From: Bacteroidota bacterium
Lineage (GTDB): Bacteria > Bacteroidota > Bacteroidia > Flavobacteriales_D > Sanyastnellaceae
Direction of reading: 5' to 3'
Assembly (NCBI GenBank): GCA_039798265.1
Contig: JBDKGH010000139.1
Coordinates: 6,558-70,557 of the forward strand
DNA length: 64,000 bases
The notes under the pieces are model-generated. The model did no database searches. It was not told the DNA's origin and saw nothing but the letters and a program-made list of their open reading frames with translations. Shown here in pieces: positions 1-8,531 of this stretch. Position numbers and translations under genes: made by a program. The stretch's first letter is position 1. Every line of letters starts with the position of its first letter.

Positions 1-1
1 G

Positions 2-331
2 GTGACCTTAAATCCCGCTATACTATTGCATCTCGATAGCAGAATGGGCTCCATCAAAGTCGGCAAAGATGCGGATGTTGTAGTGTGGAGTGCACATCCA
101 CTGAGCATCTATGCTGAAGCACTCAATACGTATATCGATGGCCGTTGTTATTACAGCCGTGAAATGAATGAAGAACGAGAAAAAAGTATGGAGCTTGAGC
201 GCCAACGCTTGATTGCAAAAATGCTCGAATCTAAAAACAATGGAGAACCTACTCAACTGCCAGCTATGAAGCATAAGCGGCATTTCCATTGCGATACCGA
301 AGATCAGTCCTCTACTATTTTACTCCGTTAA
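2..331 (+). CDS. amidohydrolase-family protein, C-terminal fragment (5' end outside window)
   Basis: The ORF is open to the window edge. It has the C-terminal GSIKVGKDADVVVW motif typical of metal-dependent amidohydrolases. The next gene ends with the same motif class (GSIEVGKDATLF), so these are tandem paralogs. Confidence 0.7.
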   Translation: MTLNPAILLHLDSRMGSIKVGKDADVVVWSAHPLSIYAEALNTYIDGRCYYSREMNEEREKSMELERQRLIAKMLESKNNGEPTQLPAMKHKRHFHCDTEDQSSTILLR

Positions 332-342
332 TACTGAACACA

Positions 343-1656
343 ATGAAAAAGCTATATACCTTATTCGCTCTATTGGTGGTGCTAAGTGCAGCGGCTCAAC
401 CTACCATTTTACCAGCACCCCAGCAAACGAAGTCCATGCTCATCATGAACGCTACGGCTCACGTGGGTAATGGCGAGGTGATTGAAAATTCGGCCATTGG
501 AATAAAAGATGGAAAAATAGTATTGGCCGCAGATGCGCGTCTTATCCGTTTGGATATGAGTGCTTATGATACCATTATTTATGCCTCAGGACAGCACGTT
601 TACCCCGGTTTTATTGCGCCCAATAGCACATTGGGTTTGGTAGAAGTAGAAGCGGTAAGAGCCACACGTGATTTTTCAGAAGTGGGAACATTTAAACCGA
701 GCGTTCGTTCGATTATTGCCTACAATACAGATTCTGAAGTTATTCCTACCGTTCGTTCTAACGGTGTATTGATGATTCAAGTAACGCCTCGCAGCGGAAT
801 AGTGAGCGGCACATCTTCTGTAGTGCAATTGGATGCATGGAACTGGGAAGACGCTGTGGTGAAGCTTGATGATGGGGTGCACCTCAATTGGCCGAGCATG
901 CACCACAAGCACAATGACAAAGGCAAAACGAAAATAGAGTTGATGAAAAATTATGATCAACAGCTCACGGAGATTCATTCTTTTTTCAACGAAGCAAAAG
1001 CTTATCTTCAAAATAAAACGACCACTGAAAAGGAGATCCGCTTTGAAGCGCTGCGCGGTATTTTTGAAGGAAGTCAGGTATTGTATGTGCACGCCGATGA
1101 TACGAAACAAATAGGAGAGGCGATTGCATTCAAACGCGAGATGAAATTATCCAAGGTGGTAATTGTGGGCGGTTATGATAGTTGGTTAATGACCAAAGAA
1201 TTGAAAGAAGAAAACATCGGTGTCATGTTACCGCGTGTTCATTCGCTTCCTATGTATAATGAAGATGAGGTAAACTTGCCCTATCAATTACCCGCTCGTT
1301 TGTACAAAGCTGGAGTAAAGTTTTGTTTCCAAAATCAGGGTGATATGGAAGCGATGGGGACGCGTAATTTGCCTTTTTTGGCGGGTACTGCGGTGACCTA
1401 TGGTTTACCTTATGAAGAAGCCATTAGAGCGCTTACCTTGAGTGCAGCGGAAATGATGGGTTGCGGTGATACCGTGGGTTCTATAGAGGTAGGAAAAGAC
1501 GCCACCCTTTTTATTTCAAAAGGTGACGCCTTGGATATGTTGACCAATGATGTTCAGCTAGCCCTCATTCAAGGCCGCATAATTGATTTAACAAGCAAGC
1601 AAACTGATCTGTACGAGAAGTACATGAAAAAGTATGGCTTGCCTTTGGAAGATTAA
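343..1656 (+). CDS. secreted amidohydrolase-family protein
   Basis: ATG at 343 gives the signal peptide MKKLYTLFALLVVLSAAAQP. The ORF-track start at 289 overlaps the previous gene. The amidohydrolase C-terminal motif is present. 437 aa. Confidence 0.75.
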   Translation: MKKLYTLFALLVVLSAAAQPTILPAPQQTKSMLIMNATAHVGNGEVIENSAIGIKDGKIVLAADARLIRLDMSAYDTIIYASGQHVYPGFIAPNSTLGLVEVEAVRATRDFSEVGTFKPSVRSIIAYNTDSEVIPTVRSNGVLMIQVTPRSGIVSGTSSVVQLDAWNWEDAVVKLDDGVHLNWPSMHHKHNDKGKTKIELMKNYDQQLTEIHSFFNEAKAYLQNKTTTEKEIRFEALRGIFEGSQVLYVHADDTKQIGEAIAFKREMKLSKVVIVGGYDSWLMTKELKEENIGVMLPRVHSLPMYNEDEVNLPYQLPARLYKAGVKFCFQNQGDMEAMGTRNLPFLAGTAVTYGLPYEEAIRALTLSAAEMMGCGDTVGSIEVGKDATLFISKGDALDMLTNDVQLALIQGRIIDLTSKQTDLYEKYMKKYGLPLED

Positions 1657-2624
1657 TAACCGAGTTTTTCGCGCACTCGACCAAGTACTTCGTTCGCTAC
1701 TACACGCGCTTTTTCTGCACCAAATTGAAGCTTCTCTTCAATCAGGTGTTTGTTGCTCATGTACTGGTTATACAACTCACGTTCTTTTTCAAAACGAGTA
1801 ACGATGGCTTGAAGTAGGTCTTTTTTTGCATGACCCCAACCGTAGTTACCAGCGCGAAGTTTTGTTTCCAATTCGGCAGCTTCCTCAGGTGAAGCGATCA
1901 AAGAGTACAGGGCGTGAATAGAGTTTGATTTTGGATCTTTCGGATCTTCCAAAGCAGTACTATCGGTAGCGATTTTTTTATTAATCACATCTTTCAATTC
2001 TTTTTCTGAAAGAAAAACATTGATGTAATTGCCGTAGGACTTGCTCATTTTTTGTCCATCAGTGCCAGGCACGTACATTGTGCTTTCGTTCAATTTGGCT
2101 TCGGGCAAAACAAATGTTTCACCCATCTTATTATTGAAGGTACTAGCAATGTCGCGAGTGATTTCGAGGTGTTGCACCTGGTCTTTTCCCACCGGAACAT
2201 AATTGGCATTATACAAAATAATATCAGCGGCCATTAGTACGGGGTAAGTAAAAAGCCCTGCGTTTACATCGCTCAAGCGATCAGATTTATCCTTGAATGA
2301 ATGCGCATTGGCAAGCATGGGATAAGGTGTAAAGCAACTGAGGTACCAAGTGAGTTCAGCCACTTGAGGAATATCGCTCTGGCGGTAAAACGTATTTTTC
2401 TCAATATCCAATCCGAAAGCAAGCCAAGTTGCGGCAACAGCATAGGTATGTTCTCGAAGAAGTTCAGCGTCTTTCACTTGAGTTAGCGAGTGAAGATTAG
2501 CGATGAACAAAAAAGCGTCGTTTTGAGGATGGTTACTCATCTCAACAGCAGGAACTACCGCACCCAAAATGTTGCCAAGGTGTGGGATGTTGGTACTTTG
2601 AATACCCGTTAATATACGTGCCAT
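1653..2624 (-). CDS. trpS: tryptophan--tRNA ligase
   Basis: The canonical class I N-terminus MARILTGIQSTNIPHLGN (HIGH-like) and a KMSKS motif are present. I chose ATG at 2624 over the upstream ATG at 2666. Confidence 0.95.
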   Translation of the reverse strand: MARILTGIQSTNIPHLGNILGAVVPAVEMSNHPQNDAFLFIANLHSLTQVKDAELLREHTYAVAATWLAFGLDIEKNTFYRQSDIPQVAELTWYLSCFTPYPMLANAHSFKDKSDRLSDVNAGLFTYPVLMAADIILYNANYVPVGKDQVQHLEITRDIASTFNNKMGETFVLPEAKLNESTMYVPGTDGQKMSKSYGNYINVFLSEKELKDVINKKIATDSTALEDPKDPKSNSIHALYSLIASPEEAAELETKLRAGNYGWGHAKKDLLQAIVTRFEKERELYNQYMSNKHLIEEKLQFGAEKARVVANEVLGRVREKLGY

Positions 2625-2733
2625 ATTCGAATTGTTTGAGGGTGCAAAGAACGGAAGTATCGGCATATCCTCCCAAGTGAATCTCGCTATTTGTTCGTTC
2701 TACACTATCTTCACCCTCCCTTTTAGGAAAACC

Positions 2734-3510
2734 GTGAGTAAGTTGTTCGCCCCCATATATTTCATTTACAAGCTTTGGATAGGCCTCGTTTTCTGGCTTA
2801 CCCTGTTATTGCTGTATCCAGTGTTTTGGGTATTGCTCAGTCGCGAGCGGTGGTTTAAAGCCGCCTTTCAGATGAAAAGAGTGTGGTCACGGCTCTTTCA
2901 ATGGTTCCTTTTTTGTCCAGTAAAACCTGTTTTCAGTGCACCATTGCCCAAAGGCCCTTATATCATTGTTTCCAATCACAGCAGCTATCTCGATACGGTG
3001 TTCATGTATTCCGTTTTCCCTGATTACTTTCTATTCATCGGAAAAGGAGAACTCTTGAAGTGGCCGCTCTTTGGGCTTTTTTTCAGAAAACAAGATATTC
3101 CTGTTCACCGAGAGAATGGCCGCGAGGCTTGGAAATCATTGCAGAAAGCCTATGATGCCATTGATCAAGGTGCTTGCATTGCGATGTATCCGGAAGGCAC
3201 TATTCCTGATTATGCTCCGCGCATGAAGGCCTTTAAAAACGGAGCATTTAAGATGGCCATCGATAAGCAAGTTCCTATAGTACCGGTAACTTGGATACAG
3301 AATTACAGGATTATGAAAGATCCTGCGTGTCTATTTGAGTACTCCTTGCCGGCGGTGGTGATGGTGCATGTGCACGAACCAATTAATTGTAAGGGGTTAA
3401 CAGACGAAGATTTGGTAAATTTGCGCACTCGTGTTTTTGAAACGATCGATGGCACCCTTCCTCCACAATTCAGGAAAACGGCTTATGACAATCGAAAACA
3501 GGAACATTAA
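2734..3510 (+). CDS. 1-acyl-sn-glycerol-3-phosphate (lysophospholipid) acyltransferase family protein
   Basis: It has the NHSSYLD (HX4D) and YPEGT acyltransferase motifs and an N-terminal TM segment. The start is uncertain. The ORF opens at a TTG at 2632, only 8 nt from the divergent trpS ATG. GTG at 2734 (VSKLFAPIYF...) is proposed instead. Confidence 0.7.
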   Translation: MSKLFAPIYFIYKLWIGLVFWLTLLLLYPVFWVLLSRERWFKAAFQMKRVWSRLFQWFLFCPVKPVFSAPLPKGPYIIVSNHSSYLDTVFMYSVFPDYFLFIGKGELLKWPLFGLFFRKQDIPVHRENGREAWKSLQKAYDAIDQGACIAMYPEGTIPDYAPRMKAFKNGAFKMAIDKQVPIVPVTWIQNYRIMKDPACLFEYSLPAVVMVHVHEPINCKGLTDEDLVNLRTRVFETIDGTLPPQFRKTAYDNRKQEH

Positions 3511-3524
3511 TTGAACTTATTTGC

Positions 3525-4250
3525 ATGAAACTTTCTATTCTTATTCCCGCTTATAACGAGGAAAACACGATTACAGCTATTCTTGATCGCATTGCTGAAG
3601 TAAAGCTTGTGAACAACATCGAGCAAGAAATCGTCATTGTAAATGATGCTTCTCGAGACAATACAAAAGCTGTAGTAGAACGTTACATTGCAGCGCACCC
3701 AGAGCGTACGATTAAATTTTTCTCTCAAACGGTTAACCAAGGTAAAGGAGCTGCTATTCATAAGGCCATCGAATTAGCTACCGGTGATTACCTAGTGGTG
3801 CAAGATGCCGATTTGGAATATGATCCGCATGAGTTCAATGATTTGTTGAAACCTGTATTCATCGCCCAAGCTGATGTGGTGTATGGTTCTCGCTTTATGG
3901 GAGGTAATGCACACCGCATTATGTTCTTTTGGCACAGCATAGGTAACCGTTGGCTCACCTTCGCGAGCAATGCGCTTACGAACTTGAACTTGACCGATAT
4001 GGAAACCTGTTATAAATTGATGCGTTCGGATATTGCCAAATCGCTATTGCTAAAAGAAAAACGTTTTGGTTTCGAGCCAGAAGTAACCGCAAAATTGGCG
4101 CGATTGAAGGACATTCGTATTTATGAAATTGGTATTTCGTATTACGGACGCACTTATGCAGAAGGAAAAAAAATCGGATGGAAAGATGGTTTCCGAGCCA
4201 TTTGGTGCATCATGAAGTACAACATTTGGGATCGTAAACACCTCAAATAA
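3525..4250 (+). CDS. family 2 glycosyltransferase, polyprenyl-phosphate sugar synthase-like (DPM1/ArnC/GtrB type)
   Basis: GT2 signatures are LSILIPAYNEE, VNDASRDNT and QDADLEYDP (DXD). The protein is a soluble 241 aa. The gene lies 14 nt after the acyltransferase and 2 nt before the next gene. Confidence 0.85.
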   Translation: MKLSILIPAYNEENTITAILDRIAEVKLVNNIEQEIVIVNDASRDNTKAVVERYIAAHPERTIKFFSQTVNQGKGAAIHKAIELATGDYLVVQDADLEYDPHEFNDLLKPVFIAQADVVYGSRFMGGNAHRIMFFWHSIGNRWLTFASNALTNLNLTDMETCYKLMRSDIAKSLLLKEKRFGFEPEVTAKLARLKDIRIYEIGISYYGRTYAEGKKIGWKDGFRAIWCIMKYNIWDRKHLK

Positions 4251-4252
4251 TC

Positions 4253-5818
4253 ATGCTTCCTGTGAATCCAGGTAGGCTATCTATTTTAAATCGGTTCGAG
4301 CTTCCTTTATTTATTGGAGTAGTACTGGTACATGTGTGTGCCCTCTATTCTTTGCCCGCCTTGGTATCACTCGATGGGCCAGGCCATTTGTACACGGCGC
4401 GTTTGCTTCAAGCATTAGCCAGAGGCGAGGAATGGATCGCTCCTTATTTTGTATTTAACACCTTTCCTTGTCCAAATGGCTTAGGGGATTACCTGCTTTC
4501 TTTTTTCATTGGATGGGCAGATCCTGTTCGGATCGAAATTTATTTTCTGATCGTTTATTTTCTTCTTTTTGTAACGGGCTTTCGCAGATTAATGTGTGGT
4601 TTTTTTCCTGATCAAAAAGGGTATGCATGGCTCGCATTTCCGCTCGTATTTCACGTAGTGCTAGTTCTTGGATTTCATAATTTTAATTTGGGTATTGCCT
4701 TGTTATGGTGGACCCTTGCGGCATATATCCGTTATGCGCAGCAGCCTAATTGGAAAAGAAGCATTGTTTTGTTGTTGCTCTCTTTGTTATTGTATTTCTC
4801 GCATTTGGTCGTATTCGGTGTGTTTGGATTTTTTGTCATGGCTCATTTCGCCGTGAGTTGGTGGGAGAACAAAACAGCGCCTTGGTTTTGGAAAAAAACG
4901 GTGATCGTTCAGTTGATGGTGGCTTTTCTTCCAGTATTTGCGCTTGCATTGGCCTACTTCAACTATGAAACCGAAAGCAGTGGATATGTCCATTTATCAA
5001 GCACTGAAATTTTGAAGCTGCTTTATTTAGGCAAACCTTTCGAATTGTTTAGTCATAAAGAAGGCAGTTACTATTATCAGATGATGGGGGTATTGCTGAT
5101 TTGTGCAACGGTCAGTTTTTTCTGGAAAAAACAACGCGAAGCATTTTCAACATGGCTAAGCGTAATGATCCTATTCGCCATTCTTTTATTCATCGCTACC
5201 TTACTATTACCAGACCATTCTACTGGTGGAGGCGAGCTTACTCGCAGGCTGGCGTATTTTACGCTAGTGGCTGTTTTCATCAGCTTGTTCTTCACCATTC
5301 GTTCTGCTACTTGGCGATCGGTTGCGGTGATCGCCATTTTTCTTGTTCATGTAGCACGGTCACAGTTTCTTTTTCATCGGGAAACAATAAATGCGGTGCA
5401 CATCAACGAAATGTCGAAGCTGTACGATTTGGTACAAGAAAATGAAATCATGTGGACCTTTAATTGGTCGGGCAATTGGTTGCTCAATCACACATCTAAA
5501 TATATCGCTGCGCAAAAATCGCTCATCATGCCGGATCATTTGGGGGGAACAAAACTCTACACTCCTGTGATGTGGAAGGATCCCTATCGGTTAAATCAAC
5601 AAGTGTGGTGTCTCAACTTTGAACAGTGGTTGTGCGATTTGGAAAAAACAGAACAAGATTTTCATCGAGAGGTGCGTTATTTCATGGCCATTGGTGAGTG
5701 TACCGAACAATCCATTGGTCGCGACAAATGTGAGGCTTGGCGGTTGTTCCTATCGGATTCATGTCAGTTGATCGGCCAAGCAGAAAATGGGTATATTCGT
5801 TTATATGAAAGGAAATAG
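4253..5818 (+). CDS. polytopic integral membrane protein with C-terminal soluble domain (GT-C-like architecture, function unknown)
   Basis: 521 aa with more than 10 hydrophobic helices followed by a Cys-containing tail of about 150 aa. It is tightly packed in an operon with the GT2 gene. Confidence 0.5.
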   Translation: MLPVNPGRLSILNRFELPLFIGVVLVHVCALYSLPALVSLDGPGHLYTARLLQALARGEEWIAPYFVFNTFPCPNGLGDYLLSFFIGWADPVRIEIYFLIVYFLLFVTGFRRLMCGFFPDQKGYAWLAFPLVFHVVLVLGFHNFNLGIALLWWTLAAYIRYAQQPNWKRSIVLLLLSLLLYFSHLVVFGVFGFFVMAHFAVSWWENKTAPWFWKKTVIVQLMVAFLPVFALALAYFNYETESSGYVHLSSTEILKLLYLGKPFELFSHKEGSYYYQMMGVLLICATVSFFWKKQREAFSTWLSVMILFAILLFIATLLLPDHSTGGGELTRRLAYFTLVAVFISLFFTIRSATWRSVAVIAIFLVHVARSQFLFHRETINAVHINEMSKLYDLVQENEIMWTFNWSGNWLLNHTSKYIAAQKSLIMPDHLGGTKLYTPVMWKDPYRLNQQVWCLNFEQWLCDLEKTEQDFHREVRYFMAIGECTEQSIGRDKCEAWRLFLSDSCQLIGQAENGYIRLYERK

Positions 5819-7613
5819 TCAATCGGTCATTGTGCGATCTACCAGCTTGTGGTTAGTGATTGCATCGATTGTTTTCGTTTCCGTTTTTTCTTTGCGAAAA
5901 GGTTGGCTTAATGTGATCACGTGGGATGTAGTGGGCTATTATCATTACTTACCTGCACTCTTTATTGATCATGATATTCGTCTCGAAAACTTGGCGCATC
6001 AAGAAGCGTTGCGTCAGAAATATGACTTCAGTTCGAGTTTGTATCAATTTCATGAGGTAGAAGGCACTTCCGCTCATGTTGATCAATATTCGTATGGGAT
6101 GGCCTTGGCATATTCTCCTGCTTTTTTTGTAGGCCATTGGTGTGCAGGCTGGTTTGGATACGAGCAAGATGGTTTTTCTTGGCCCTATCAATGTTCGTTA
6201 TGGCTTTGGACACTTTTATGGATTGCTCTTGGTTTTTTTCAGTTGAGAAAACTACTGCTTCATTTTTTCAGTGAGGCAATTACTTCATGGTTAATCATAG
6301 CATTGTTTTTTGGAAGTAACTACTTGTTTAATGTCCCAGGCGCAATGGCTACTTCGCATGGCTATTTGTTTACCTATTTCGTTCTTTTTTTAAATGCCGT
6401 TATTCGTTGGCAGCATCAACAGACCATTCGCTCATGGATATCGGTTTGTCTTATTGCCGGATTGGCCGCTATTTGTCGACCAACAGAAATACTATGGATG
6501 ATTATTCCGCTTCTTTGGGGAGTAGATTCGGTGAAATCCCTATTGATCCGAGTACAGTATTTTTTATGGAACAAAAAAGGAGAGCTGATAGTGGCGGCTG
6601 TGGTCTTTATAGCACTGGCATTTCCTCAATTTTTGTATTGGAAAACAGTAACCGGCCATTGGATCTACAATAGTTATTCGAACCCAGGTGAAGGCTTCGA
6701 TTTTCTTTCTCCGCACACGTATTCGTTTTTATTTTCTGCACGTAAGGGTTGGTTTATTTACACGCCTATGGCGGCCATCGGCGCTTTTGGGTTGTGGAAG
6801 TTAAAGAACTATGCTCCATATTTGTGGTGGAGTTTTGGTGTGTATTTTTTAGTTAATCTCTACCTAGTTTCCAGTTGGACCACCTGGTGGTATGCGCAGT
6901 GTTTTTCGCAACGCGCGATGGTACAAACGCTGCCCATGATATTGATTGGATTAGGATTTTTATGGAAGAATATAGAATTCACCAAGTGGCGCGGTAAGCT
7001 GTCGTTGTTTGTTTCAATCCTTTCGGTGGTGATAGGTTTATGGTTTAATCTGCTTTATCACCGGTATGTACTTCACATGGACCGCATGACGCCGCAATAC
7101 TTGAGTAAAGTTTTTTACCGGTGGAACAAAACAAGTGAATTCAATCACCTTTTGTTGGTAAACCACAACTCCGATTCTCTTCCCAACTTTGAAAATGAAG
7201 CGGAGTATAGACGCCGTGCTCCAGTCGTTTTGGGAACGGATACCGCATTGCTTCATCCACAAAGTCCTTTTTTAGGAATGATCGAAAATGCCTACAGTGA
7301 GTTTGGTACTGCAGATCATTATGGAATAAAAATAGCGGCAGAAATTTGGATGGATAGCTTGCCCGAAGAGGGAGACATATTGCTCGTAGGTCAAATGGCA
7401 CATCATGAAAAACCCTATGGTTATAGAACCACAGGGTTTAAACCAGCAGTGTTTGTACCTGGTCAATGGAATCCTTTGAGCGTATATTATCTCACACCGG
7501 AGATGCGCTCAAGAGAAGACGTATTTAAGTGTTTCGTTTGGTACCGAGGGCAGAAGGAAATAAAAGTCCGTTCTCGCTCGGTAACATTATACGAGCCCAT
7601 TTTTCAGCCCTAA
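5787..7613 (+). CDS. polytopic integral membrane protein, putative GT-C-fold (PMT/ArnT-like) glycosyltransferase
   Basis: 608 aa. The first-loop acidic motif WDVVGYYHYLPALFIDHD is followed by many TM helices and a C-terminal domain of about 190 aa. The start could be 5787 or ATG at 5805, and both overlap the upstream gene. Confidence 0.5.
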   Translation: MGIFVYMKGNSQSVIVRSTSLWLVIASIVFVSVFSLRKGWLNVITWDVVGYYHYLPALFIDHDIRLENLAHQEALRQKYDFSSSLYQFHEVEGTSAHVDQYSYGMALAYSPAFFVGHWCAGWFGYEQDGFSWPYQCSLWLWTLLWIALGFFQLRKLLLHFFSEAITSWLIIALFFGSNYLFNVPGAMATSHGYLFTYFVLFLNAVIRWQHQQTIRSWISVCLIAGLAAICRPTEILWMIIPLLWGVDSVKSLLIRVQYFLWNKKGELIVAAVVFIALAFPQFLYWKTVTGHWIYNSYSNPGEGFDFLSPHTYSFLFSARKGWFIYTPMAAIGAFGLWKLKNYAPYLWWSFGVYFLVNLYLVSSWTTWWYAQCFSQRAMVQTLPMILIGLGFLWKNIEFTKWRGKLSLFVSILSVVIGLWFNLLYHRYVLHMDRMTPQYLSKVFYRWNKTSEFNHLLLVNHNSDSLPNFENEAEYRRRAPVVLGTDTALLHPQSPFLGMIENAYSEFGTADHYGIKIAAEIWMDSLPEEGDILLVGQMAHHEKPYGYRTTGFKPAVFVPGQWNPLSVYYLTPEMRSREDVFKCFVWYRGQKEIKVRSRSVTLYEPIFQP

Positions 7614-8083
7614 TCAATTTCTAGGCGATCAGTAGAAACGCCGTGGCAACTATTGCAAGCGCCGGTGGTGATATCGTCGGACATTTCATATACATTTCCT
7701 GTAGATGAAATGACGGTAGGATAGAGACCTCCGCTGAAATCGATATCATCGGTTGTGTAGAAGTTTCCGAGATTATCCACTTCAATAGTAGCGCGCAGAG
7801 TTCCGGTGCTATTTTCTCCAGTGTAGAGTTTAACGGTTCCATTTTTCGAAGCACTACCATTGGATTTATAGGTAGTTCCTGCGGCATTAAAGCAGCCCTC
7901 ACCCTCACCGCCAGAAGTATGGCAGGAGAAGCAGTTTCGGCCGTTGTTATGGCTATCATCAGCACCGTGTGAGCTTATGTTGGTTTCGCCGCAACCTTTC
8001 TCACGTTCGCAAGAAGTTAAAGAGATGGCAAAAGTCCCCGATACGAGAACTAAAAAGGCGATCATTGTTTTTTGTATCCGCAT
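7610..8083 (-). CDS. small lipoprotein with two CXXCH motifs (putative dihaem c-type cytochrome)
   Basis: It has a signal peptide with the lipobox LTSC. CFSCH and CNSCH motifs flank a beta-rich Gly/Thr/Ser segment of about 95 aa. 157 aa. Confidence 0.55.
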   Translation of the reverse strand: MRIQKTMIAFLVLVSGTFAISLTSCEREKGCGETNISSHGADDSHNNGRNCFSCHTSGGEGEGCFNAAGTTYKSNGSASKNGTVKLYTGENSTGTLRATIEVDNLGNFYTTDDIDFSGGLYPTVISSTGNVYEMSDDITTGACNSCHGVSTDRLEID

Positions 8084-8339
8084 GACTTATTTTTTAGAAG
8101 TATGGTTATCTACTTTGATCCATTTGGAGAGTCATCACTCATAGTGAATACAACGAAGTAAAGCAGAAACCCTAAAGATAACCTACAAAAGACTTTCACA
8201 AGGATTCTTAGGTTGATGTAAAGAAAGGAAGCTTTTTAGGGCGTAATGGTGGAAAGCAGCTGATCGGGGAAAATGGGGAGGTGAGAGGTGGAAAATTGAT
8301 ATTCGAATTTATGTGGTAACGGCATTTATGCTAACAAAT

Positions 8340-8391
8340 GGTAAAGACCTTATAGGTCTTAGACCTATAAGGTCTTTACCTAATTTTTTTT
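8340..8391 (+). repeat. double-palindrome element, copy 1 (20-bp perfect inverted repeat around one central nt, followed by TAATTTTTTTT)
   Basis: The sequence is ggtaaagaccttataggtct t agacctataaggtctttacc taatttttttt. The 47-bp core is identical, apart from the central nt, to 31396-31442. Confidence 0.9.
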
Positions 8392-8475
8392 GATAATTCC
8401 AAATTTTACTTATTCAGCCCCAGCCAACCGATTCGGCGATTTATGCATCGCGATAGGCATAACAATGCTTATATG

Positions 8476-8512
8476 CAAAAAAAAAGCTGTCACTCATGAG
8501 TGACAGCTTTTT
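8476..8512 (-). terminator. rho-independent terminator (bidirectional) downstream of the bacilliredoxin gene
   Basis: A perfect 24-nt palindrome agctgtcactca/tgagtgacagct is flanked by an A9 run and a T5 run. Confidence 0.8.
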
Positions 8513-8531
8513 CAATACGGACTGAATTCGC

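Noticed and set aside
2632-2733. The ORF-track start (TTG at 2632) for the acyltransferase.
   Set aside because: It would leave only 7 nt between it and the divergent trpS ATG at 2624, with no promoter space, and it is a TTG. A downstream GTG at 2734, just before the first TM helix, is more plausible. The exact start remains unverified.
4166-4173. Homopolymer tracts as phase-variation switches. These are A8 in the GT2 gene, and T8 at 60663-60670 in the O-antigen-ligase-like gene.
   Set aside because: Eight nucleotides is marginal for slipped-strand switching, and tracts of similar length occur in many AT-rich contexts here. Without population data there is no evidence of variability.
7944-8144. 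A 66-aa plus-strand ORF overlapping the 5' end of the dihaem lipoprotein gene.
   Set aside because: It is a shadow ORF antisense to a gene with clear signal-peptide and lipobox features, and it has no supporting signals.
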